DNA from: Mobula hypostoma
Taxonomy: Eukaryota
NCBI RefSeq assembly: GCF_963921235.1
Contig: NC_086106.1
Span: 25,730,001 to 25,794,000, forward strand
Reading direction: 5' to 3'
Length of the DNA stretch: 64,000 bases
Shown here: in pieces, positions 54,330 to 64,000 of the stretch
Layout: each line of letters begins with the position of its first letter
Position numbering within the stretch: position 1 is the stretch's first letter
Notes under the pieces: model-generated
What the model saw: only the letters and a program-made list of their open reading frames with translations
Told to the model about the DNA's origin: nothing
Database searches by the model: none
Program-made: the position numbers and the translations under genes

Positions 54330-55845
54330 TGTGGAGCACAGATTACAAGTGGGAATAGAAAAGCCGTCTCAAAACGGTAATGCTGTGATAATCATGGGAG
54401 ATGACAACATGCAGGTAGATTGGCAAAGTCAGGTCAGATATGGAGCTCAGGAGAGTGAAACGACATATTAGAGCAGATTGTCCATCACCCTACAAGGCGA
54501 TCAGTTGTACAGGATTGAGTGTTGTCCAATCAACTGGAGATAATTAGTGACCTTATGATAAAAGAACAATTTCAAGGCAGTGATCCCAATATGATTGAGT
54601 TCAACTTGAAATTTGCCAGTGAGAAAGTAAACTCTGATGAAGCAGTATTGCAGCACAGGAAAGGAAATTTCACTGGCATGAGAGGGGAGTTGGCCAGCTA
54701 ATTCAGAATGCAGGACTTGAAAGGACAGTCTGCAAAGGAGGGGAAAAGAGCAGTAAATGCGTGCATTTCTGCGGGAAATGAGAAAGGAGCCCGATAGCTG
54801 TATCCAAAAATGAGGAAACACACAAATGGAAAAGTCGTAAACCCGTGGCTGACAAGGGGACTCAAAGCTAATGTAAAAGCAAAAGAGCGGGCATACAAGT
54901 AATCAAAATTTAGTAGCAAGTCAGAGGATCAGGAAGCTTTCAAAACCCGAGAGAAAAACTAAAAGAATCATTAGGAGGAAAAAGATCATATATGAGCGCA
55001 AGCTAGCAAACAATATCAAAGTGGATAAAAAAAGGTATTTTCAAGAATGTAAAAAAGTAAAGGTGAATTGAGAGTGCATATAGAAAGCAAGGAAATGTAG
55101 CCGGAGAAATAATGCTGGGGGACAAGTTGATGGCAGATGGACGATATGAGTATTTCGCATCAGGCTTCATTGTGGAAGACCCGAGCAGCGGGTCAGACAT
55201 TAAAGAGTGCAAGGGAAGACATTTGAATACAATTACAGTTACAAGGGTGAAGGTCCTCAAAACGGTGAAGGACGGAAGTGTATATAAGTCATCCCAAACA
55301 GATGAACTGCACCCTTGCGCCCAGAAAGTGGTGGCGGTAGAGATTGCGTAGGCATTAGGAATGTTTTTTTTTCAAAATCATTGCCAATGATATATATGAT
55401 GGAATATATGGCTGTGTTGCGAAGTTTGTAGATGATACGAAGATTGATGGAAGGGTAAGTCGCTCTGAGGAAGCATGTAGGCTACAGAAGGACAGAAAGA
55501 TGAGGAGAATAGGCGAGAGAGTTGCAGACGAAGTACAATGCACCAAAGCCCATATCATGCATATTGGTATGAGAAATAAATGTCCAAAAATCTACGATGC
55601 AAGGAGACTTGGAAGATCCAAGTGCAGAACACCCTGACTGACAACTTGCAGGTAGAGTCGGTGGTGAGGAAGGAAATACAATGTTAGCATTCATTTCAAG
55701 ATGTCCAGTATACATGGGCAGAGCGTAATGCAGAGGATTTATAAGACACGTGAGGCCTCACCTTGAGCATTCTTAAAACTTTTAGGTTCCTATTCTGTCC
55801 AAGATGTACTGGCATTGGAAAGGGTTCAGAGGACATTCACATAGA
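54330..55845 (+). mobile_element. Old CR1, duplicate of 18040-19585
   Basis: Colinear with the 18-19.6 kb copy, including flanks. Confidence 0.8.
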
Positions 55846-56036
55846 TGCCACAGTCAGTCCCGCAAGCAAAGCAGATGTCCAACTAACTGAAAAATGTAGT
55901 CAGTACTTAATCCCCTTTCCCCTGGAGTTCCGCCTTCTTAAGTCAATCACGTGACAGTGATGAATATGTGTTTGCGCCCCGGATGCTTTCCGGCAAAGGG
56001 CTCCCTCTGCCGAGCGCTCACTGCATCACGAAGGTC

Positions 56037-56075
56037 GGATTTTGTCTGGAGTCGTCATCGCCTTGCAACACTGTG
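56037..56075 (-). other. 23-RSS
   Basis: Heptamer CACAGTG, 23-bp spacer, nonamer ACAAAATCC. Confidence 0.95.
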
Positions 56076-56508
56076 GGCATCATGGCGCAAAGATAAACGG
56101 CGGAGTCTGACACAAGACCAGCAGAGATGTTCAAATGGGCTACCTGTCTGCCACGCTGCCAACCAGCGGTAAACCTCACTGGACATTCTAGATGCCGTTC
56201 CATCGTGCCTGTGCTATATACCTTCAGCAGATATCTTGGAGATTCCACGCGATGCTGAACGTACCAAACAATAGAGTCAGGATTGCCAGTGTAATTACAG
56301 TACAGTGTTACAAATTGATCTTCGACAATAGTTAATTCAAGAGGCCATTGCGTCACGGAATCTTTCCCATTTGCTCCTGCAATAAAAGGACAAAATGCAT
56401 GAACAGATTGGGCTTTCTTCGGACATACGGAACAGATATAGCGCGAAACCGCGGAGACTCACCGGACATCATATTCAGTATAATCAGCAGATAACAAAGA
56501 TAATTCAT
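56076..56508 (-). CDS. TRAV: Intact TCR alpha/delta-type V segment (leader 56508-56463, V exon 56376-56076); paralog of the 19.8-kb V
   Basis: Leader MNYLCYLLIILNMMS, GT-AG intron, open frame DSVTQWPLELTIVEDQFVTLYCNYT..VWYVQH..MERHLECPVRF..DSAVYLCAMM. Confidence 0.9.
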
Positions 56509-56639
56509 TGTGTCTGGCTTCAAACTCAATTGAAAGAGAGCTTACTTTCAACAAGTTGATATCCTTGACCGATATTGAAGAGCAAAATCCGATTAGCAGC
56601 ATATTTCGGCAGACGTAAATCTAGGGGCGTTACGTTGCC

Positions 56640-56720
56640 TGCCAATGGATTGATTGGCTGTGAGAACCGATCAGAGTCGGTCCGTGCACCAATCACAGAT
56701 CGGTTTGTTTCAGTTCCTCT
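56640..56720 (-). promoter_or_regulatory. Candidate V promoter: ETS-IRF composite plus CCAAT boxes
   Basis: AGAGGAACTGAAA at 56720-56708 and CCAAT/ATTGG motifs. Confidence 0.55.
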
Positions 56721-58061
56721 ATATGGTTTTATAAATCCGACGCTCGGAGCCTTAAATAGCGCCGCGCTAACCTCTGTGCGAGAGTGGTTATACTTCACTT
56801 TATCTCTTGCATTCTTCTTCCAGTCAGGATCCCTTTCCTATTTCTCTCTCCTCCCGATGTTTATCGCTCTACTCTCTGTTCTATTGATCACCATCTCTTG
56901 TTCTTTCACTTCTTCATTTCTCTTACGTCTCTCCGAGTTATCCACTTTGTCATTCCATCATACCAAACCGCCCACCTTCTCCTCCCATTTTACTCACCAT
57001 ATCAACCGCCCACCGTTTTCCCTAGATATCACTTCCTCTGCTCACTCGTAAACCGAAACTCACATTGAGACGTATTTATCGTCACATTTCTCCCTGCGGG
57101 AAAACGGCGAAACGCCACTGAGGCAGACAATAAGGAAAAAACTTGTTCACTCGGGGGAACGGGGGTTATGCTTTCGCTTGAGTCTGTGGACGGACGAGAG
57201 TTTGGTGAACAATTTGCAGATGCTGAAAATCCTATGCCATTCCCAAAACTCTTGAGGAAGTCAGCAGGTCAGGCGGAATCTGGGGAAAATATAAATACTG
57301 GATTTGTCGGTCTCACCTCTTCGTCCTTCGTTATAGTTTCAATGATACTTCATTTCTAGCAATGAATCTTCTTTGTTCCCTCTTTCGGTTCTCTCCAATA
57401 TTTCTGTTGCTGTTTCACTCAATAGCTCTCTGCCTACCTCTGTATTCTAATCCAGTCCATTTTGTCTACCCCATACCCCGCTATCCATCTCTCTCTCTCT
57501 CTCTCTTCACTTCGCACTCCCCACAGCTTGCATACGCAGCCACAACAATTCAATCAGATTTTTATTTTTCTAAATCATCATTATAGATTTTAACTAGCAG
57601 TGGAAACAACCTTTAACCCATTGCCAGTTCACTTGGTATTCATTTTGAATCTGAAAAAAATACCATCCATTGCTCACCACTTTTAGAAAGCAAATGTCAA
57701 TACAGTCTAATTGAAATTTATCTTCATCAGAAGCATATAGCGTGTCAGCTAATCCGATGCTATCTAGTCACATATACCCTCAGAATCTCCAGTTTAAGCT
57801 CATCTTCACTGTTAACATTTCAAGGTAGTGAAAAAATTATATCCAGCCAAACGTCGTTGACCACAAGATATCGCTGCAGGCAACAGAAAGAGACATGAAC
57901 ACCGAGATATAGTGAAAATGTTTGGCAAAGCTGCGAAAATATTCCGAATATTCCGAAGTGTTCCTCAATGTTGGGAGCATTTTGCTACTGAATGCGGTAT
58001 TTTAAATCGACCAAATAATCCTCGTGCTTTGTGCGTACGGCTGTAGCAGATTCCCAGCAAA

Positions 58062-58076
58062 GGCGCCCTCTAGTGA
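58062..58076 (-). promoter_or_regulatory. RSS-adjacent CTCF-like motif (best example of a recurring element)
   Basis: TCACTAGAGGGCGCC, 12 bp 3' of the nonamer; variants beside most RSSs. Confidence 0.6.
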
Positions 58077-58126
58077 TCACGCAAGGCTGGAGTTTGTCCG
58101 GTCCCGCTATGTCTCACAATACTGAA

Positions 58127-58556
58127 GGGTGTCTTGCAGAGTGGCATACACCAAAGTCTGGCACAAGAACTTCAGAGATACTTAAATGAGCTGCCTCTGC
58201 CTTTGTGCATATCAGCTGTAAATCCCGCCGAACATTCTGGAGGCCGCTCCAGACTTCCTGAGCCATATACTTTTAGCAGTTATTTTTCGAGATTTTCAGC
58301 GATGCTGAGTGTATCAAAAATGTTTGCATTAGTTCTTAGGTAATTTCAGTTCAGTGTTACGGTCTGACTTTCGTCAGCTGTTAAGTTAGCAGCATTCTAG
58401 ATTACAGAATCTTTCCCTCTCGTTACTGCAATAAAGGACAGAATACAGTAATATCCCTGACTTGCACTGAACTCACGTGGCACTCGCTGGTCATATGTGC
58501 AGCGTCTTACCTGTCAGGATGGCGAATGCTATGAATAAGAAACAGAGGGACCACGT
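58127..58556 (-). pseudogene. TCR V pseudogene (family B)
   Basis: ATG>ACG; TAG at 58397-58399; Cys23>TGA; heptamer TTCAGTA. Confidence 0.85.
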
Positions 58557-58769
58557 ACTTCTGGTTTCATCCTCGATTGGACGGCAGATAACTTCCAAGA
58601 AGTTATCATCTCTCTCTCACTCTCTCTCTCTCTCTCTCTTTCACTCTCTATCGCAGTCGTTCCATCGCTCTCTATCTCTCTCTTCTCAACTTGCTGTGCA
58701 CACATCAGTGCATTGCCAGATCCTGCCTAACCGTCTATATGTTTGTAGATAACCCCATCTACGTGTGCC

Positions 58770-59230
58770 TCTAAGAACGATGGGACAGAGTACAGGAATG
58801 AGAAGAAGAGTTTACTAACAAGGTGTCAGAGGTGGCCAACCTGCACTGAATGTCAACAAACCGAAAGAGCTTCACAGGAGAGGGAACGAGTGTGCACGAT
58901 TCACGAAGTGAACATCACCAAGAACACGTCGATGTCCAGCTGCGAACAAAGCACGCCCTAAAATACACACCAAAGTGTCTATATCGTCAGAGCCTAAAAA
59001 TACTTGACACATCTTTCGGTCTTCACCAATTGATATCGATGTGCCAGTGAAAACAACCTGTATTGAGATGTATCACAGCTTTATACGGTAACTCCGTTGT
59101 TCAATACAGAAGTAACTACAGGCTCGTTGGTACAGCTCAGCACATCACGGAACCCAACCGCTTACACCCTTAGGCTCTGACAGCGCATCTCGCAGCCTCG
59201 GAAAAGAGCCAGAATGAATTAAACAACGAT
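58770..59230 (+). mobile_element. Highly decayed Rex1-like fragment
   Basis: Remnant similarity to 42540-42890 (CTGAATGTCAACAAA, GGGACAGAGTACAGG). Confidence 0.4.
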
Positions 59231-59486
59231 CGGCTGAGTAACAATGTTTGAAGTGTCCTGAGAATGTATTGTAAGTGTGTTATTTGGGATGTGATGAATC
59301 AAGAAGTGCTCCAAGTTTGGACGCTTTTGCTACTCAGACCTGCCCAATCGAATTAGTTACTCTCACAGATCTCTGGTTGCGGCACTTAAAACTTCTCGGC
59401 AAATGGTACTTTCTAGTGAGCGTTCATGGCATTAACTATGGTTCATATTTGTCCGAAACTGCCTGCTCTCTCCTTGCAACATTGTG

Positions 59487-59895
59487 GGCTTCGTGGCACA
59501 GAGATAAATGGCGGAGACTGATATAAGAGAATCAGACATATTCAAATGTGCTGTCTCGCTTTCTTTCTGCAATCAAGCGGTAAACATGACCGGAGGTTCT
59601 GGAGGTGGTTCCAATTTTATACAGTGAGGTAGTATTCTGGATACGCAAGGTACCAGAAAATACGTGCAAATACGTGTAATTGCAGTTTAGCTTTATGTTC
59701 TGGATCTGCTCAACTGTTTCTTCAAGTGTGTCCTGCGTAATTGAAGCTTTCCCACTTGTCCTTGCAATCAGGGATAAAATGGGTGAACAACACCGTCTTA
59801 CATGGAACCAACCGGACACACACTGGCCGTTTTTGCAGAGACTCACTGGGTAAGACGGACAAGGTAAACATTAAGGAGCGGAGTTTTCTGGCCAG
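59487..59895 (-). pseudogene. TCR V pseudogene with expanded RSS spacer
   Basis: SITQDTLEETVEQIQNIKLNCNYT..SAIYLCATK; frameshifts and stops; CACAATG-27-ACAAATATG. Confidence 0.8.
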
Positions 59896-61334
59896 ACTGA
59901 AAGGCAAGTTTAGTTAAAGAAATTAATGTTACTTGTCTGATACTGTAGCGTGAAATCAGATTCACAGTACACTTAACATTGAGCAATCCTGTGACGTTGC
60001 ACACTCATGATTGGCTACGAGCACATAGCTGGTCCTACCTGTCCTACCAATAATCAGAATAGAGATTTTCAGTTCCTCTTGTCATTATAATCTGTTCTCT
60101 CTCACTTTTTACCCACTTGCTTGGCTTCATCTACTTTCACTCATCTACAATCTTGCTCACCCTTACTCTCCTCTCTCCCTCTTCCTTTCCGTTACCCTAC
60201 CTCTCTCCCTGTCATTGTCGCTCAGAATCTCTCACGCACTTAGTCACTCAATGGCCGTGCTGCCTCCATCTCTGTCACGCCAACTCTCTATCTATCCCAC
60301 TTTCTCTAGCTTTCTGTGCCATCGTTTCTCTTTCCTTGACGCTTGTACGTTCGGGGACTATCTGCCCCATTCTCATGCTCTGTCGCGCTCACGTACATTC
60401 TCGATCTCCCTTCTTGCTCTCTCCGTTCCATCTACCTCTCTCTCTCCTTATGTCTCCCTTGCTCGCGTACACTCTCCTGCGGTCATGGTATGCACAGACA
60501 GACGAGTGAACCCAGGTGCGGAGGAACACCGGACTCCCGGGTTCAGACGGAAACAATGGCTTATTCATTGGAATTCCAAATGAAAATCGATAGCTTGACC
60601 GAGCAACGCCACTAGATGACTCCTTCCTGAAAAACGCAAGGACCCCGCATTCAGCTCGAATTTTAAGAAGCGCAATATGCTTAAAGCCCGCAACAGCCGA
60701 AACGTAGGTGACAAGATTAACCAGAAATCCAGCACTATCGCCTTCATTCTTTAGCTCTCTTTTTCCATTTGCTCACTCACATCTACTAGGTTTCTTCCCC
60801 TCTCATGCTCTACTTCTTGCACACCCGACAATATTATCTCTCTCGCACTCTCTATCTTCTTCATTTTTCTCTATCTGTTCCTCATTCAGTCACTTACCAT
60901 CTCTCCCTTACTCGTCACCACGGTCTTTCGTCTTACATAGCCCAACATATCACTCCTTCCTTTCTCTCATTTCTTATTTCTCCGCTCTTCTCTTTTCTCG
61001 TGGCTGAACCCCGTTTGTCTTTCCCACTGTCTATCACCCTCTTTCTCTCCCACTTGCTCTCCTGCCCTTTCTCACTCCCGATCGTTCGCTCTACCCCGCT
61101 CTCCACCATCATCGCTCTCGGTAACTCTCTGTTGCTTTCAGTTATTCATTCGTTTTCTCTCACTTCTCATGATTTCTCTCTTGCCCGACCTCTTGCTCCT
61201 CTGCAGAAAATACTCCTTCCTTCCGCTCCTCTGCCCAAAAACGCTATCCACCTTCAGTAACATCTCACTTTGACTGATGGCGGGGAGGAACTGGAACTGG
61301 GAGATGCAAGCGAATCTCTTGTCCTCTTATATCC

Positions 61335-61610
61335 AGTGCTGAACTTTGTCAACAGTTTTTTCGATACTTTTCCACGATGATAGACATAGCACAGTAGGCT
61401 CTGGTATTTTCCGAGCGTCCGCAGTACAGTGACACTGTCTGCTCTTCCAAGTCATTAATTCTCTCGGAGCCGAGGTCACCGAATCTGGCAAACTCTGACA
61501 TGTAACGAATCCTGAAGCACGTGAGCGATGCCGGAAATCACAGACCTCGCATGACACGTGTTCACCGATTAGATAGAGATTCGCCAGGCTGAATATTTAT
61601 CAGGATCGAC
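61335..61610 (-). pseudogene. 5' remnant of a family D V segment
   Basis: CTAATCG|GTGAAC donor; DSVTSAPREL..EEQTVSLYC; 3' half missing. Confidence 0.55.
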
Positions 61611-61825
61611 AAATATCACTGTAGGCTCATTGTGTCCTGTTTCAAGTGTACAAAACAGTAGGAAACTGTTAACGCTATTGAAGTGAATGGGTCCACGTCA
61701 GTACCGTCAGTCGGTCGTCCGTTCAACAAGAGGGGATTTTGTACCAATCGGAATAACCATGTGCTCTTACAATTTCTCTCGCCCTTTCAACATGTCATTC
61801 TACTGCTGTCTGTTTTAAACACCCC

Positions 61826-62271
61826 TGCTGCGTTCACCAGCAACTTTGATGTGTGTTCTCTAACTTCCGCTAATGCCCCACTTCCCCCTCGTATCCCATC
61901 CGTTATTTATTTTTACATACACATTCTTTCTCTCTCTCTCTCCTTTTTCTCCCTCTGTCCCTCTGACTGTACCCTTTGCCCATCCTCTGCCCAACCCCAA
62001 CCCCACGTTTTCCTTCTCCCTGGGACTCCTGTCCCATGATCCTCTCACACCCGTTTTGGCAATCACCTGTCCAGCTCTTGGCTACACCGCTCCCCCTCCT
62101 GTCTTCTCCTATCATTCTGGATCTCCCCTTCCCCCTCCCACTTTCAAATCTCTTACTAGCTCTGCCTTCAGTTAGTCCTGACGATGGTCTTGGCCGAAAA
62201 CGTCGACTGTACCTCTTCATAGAGATGTTGCCTAGCCTTCTGCGTTCACCAGCAACTTTGATGTGTGTTGC
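61826..62271 (+). mobile_element. Penelope-like terminal (pseudo-LTR) fragment
   Basis: 30-bp direct repeat at 61828-61857 and 62240-62269; TSD TTAAACACCCC; similar to 880-1290. Confidence 0.75.
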
Positions 62272-63269
62272 TTAAACACCCCTCTTTCTGGTTTCCCTTG
62301 TCCCGTTCTGTCTGCTATCCGTCTCTCTCCCTTAGTTCGTTCTCAGTCCCTCCTTCCCATTTATGATATTTGTTCCTTTCTCTCCCCTGCCCTCACTTGC
62401 GTTCTCCCAATCTTATTTCTTATTTCTCTATCACTGACCTCACTTTCTTCCGTCTCTCTCCTCCGCTCTATTTGACTATCTGCATTTACATCCAGATCTA
62501 CTGCGTGGTCTTTCGTGTACCTCCAGTAGTTTGCGTGTGCTGTAAAAAATGCAGAAAAAATCTCCATTGATCAAGTGATTGGTCATTTCCCTACGGCTGG
62601 AGACAGTAATGCCACAAGTAGGAATGGTAATGCGCATTACTATTCATTGGCCTGTATCTCGGTGACACCTCTCGAACACTCTGCCGAAATCGTAGAGGAA
62701 AAAGTAACGGTCTCTATTCTTGTTTGGGCTCTTTATATAAAGGGACCATACGCGCCAGGAAGTACATTCACAGAAGCTCTACTTGGGGTAAAGCAGTGGA
62801 CATTTGAGCAGAATACTGAGCACATCGGTGTTTTTAGGGATGATGTTCTGGCGTTTTGAAAAGAAAATTGATCAAGCAATCTTATTTCTTCATTAAAGAT
62901 AAGCAATGCTTGTGTTCAACATACAAGACACAGAGAGGGATTTTGAAGGCAACTACAGAGAGAACGCATGGGACGGTTAGGGCAAATAGACATTGATAGG
63001 ATTCAGAGACACTAGAAGTCAGGTCATAGTATACAAGAGATACTGCTAATGTGAATTTGCATATCACGAATTAGATCTCGCTTGAATTATTATGTTTGGC
63101 CGGGTTCCAGATAAAAGAATGGTGACAGTCAACGACATAGGCTGGAGGGTGATATATCGCGGCAACAAATGGCTTCAGCTGATGGGATTGAATAGAAAGG
63201 AAGACAATCACATAAAGGGGCGTATTTGAGTCGATAAGAACAGTTAGGGACAGGAAATGTTCCACACTG

Positions 63270-64000
63270 TAGGCTTATTCAGAAAGTCAGAAGGCATGGG
63301 TTCTAGGGAAGTTTGGCCAGGTGGATTCTGAATTGGCTTGCCTGCAGAAGGCAGAGTGTCGTGGTGGAGGAGGTACATTCACATTGTAGGATTGTGACTA
63401 TTGGTGTCCCACAAGGATCTATTCTGGGAGCTCTACTTCTCGTGATTTTTATTAACGACCTGTATGTGGGGGTAGAAGGGTGGGTTTGCAAGTTTGCAGA
63501 CGACACAAAGGTTGGTGGTGTTGTAGATAGTGTAGAGGATTGTCAAATATTGCAGAGAGACATTGATAGGATGCAGAAGTGGGCTGAAAAGTGGCAGATG
63601 GAGTTCAACCTGGAGAAGTGTAAGGTGGTACACTTTGGAAGTGCAAACTCCAAGGCAGCGTACACATTAAATGGAAGGATACTTGGTAGTGTGGAGGAGC
63701 AGAGGGATCCGCGGGTACATTTCAACAGATCTCTGTAAGTTGCCTCACAGGTGGATAGGGTAGTTAAGAAAGTTTATGGGGTGTTAACTTTGATAAGTCG
63801 AGGGACAGAGTTTAAGAATCGCGATGTAATGATGCAGCTCTATAAAACTCTGTTTCGGCCACACTTGGAGTACTGTGTCCAGTTCTGGTCGTCTCACTAT
63901 AGGAAGGATGTGGAAGCATTGGTACAGAGAAGATTTACCAGGATGCTGCCTGGTTTAGAGAGTATGCATTATGATCAGAGAGTAAGGGAGCGAGGGCTTT
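63270..64000 (+). mobile_element. CR1 RT fragment running off the window
   Basis: GVPQGSILG, FADDTK; closely similar to 28300-29030. Confidence 0.9.

Noticed and set aside
1-64000. NAR-TCR, TAILV or IgH V-D cassettes; CRISPR or prokaryotic systems
   Set aside because: Every V has a TCR-type framework and, where the 5' end survives, a leader rather than a 5' RSS. No D segments, regular spacer arrays or bacterial-type genes were seen.

Overview
Vertebrate genomic DNA: part of a T-cell receptor alpha/delta-type V-segment array on the minus strand. The species is inferred to be a cartilaginous fish, probably a ray, from its repeat families. I find about 22 V segments or remnants with the layout ~46-nt leader exon, ~85-bp intron, V exon, 23-bp-spacer RSS. 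Four look intact (19.8, 25.6, 46.0 and 56.1 kb); the rest carry stops, frameshifts, dead splice sites, degenerate RSSs or TE insertions. No D, J or C segments, IgH-type V or NAR-TCR cassettes were seen. The array was built by old segmental duplications (1.3-9.5 kb ~ 44.3-51.6 kb; 17.9-21.1 kb ~ 54.2-57.3 kb). It is filled with decayed CR1, Penelope-like, RTE, Rex1-like, LTR, Harbinger and hAT elements. The most interesting signal is non-coding. A CTCF-like motif lies about 12-24 bp 3' of the RSS nonamer, and a CACGTG E-box module about 72-87 bp 3' of it, in several divergent V families, including pseudogenes and one orphan module. One V lineage has a PU.1/IRF composite site plus CCAAT boxes in its promoter. 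A Buster-type hAT element joins two different target sites across an ~8.5-kb deletion. All coordinates and alignments were read by eye; no searches were run.
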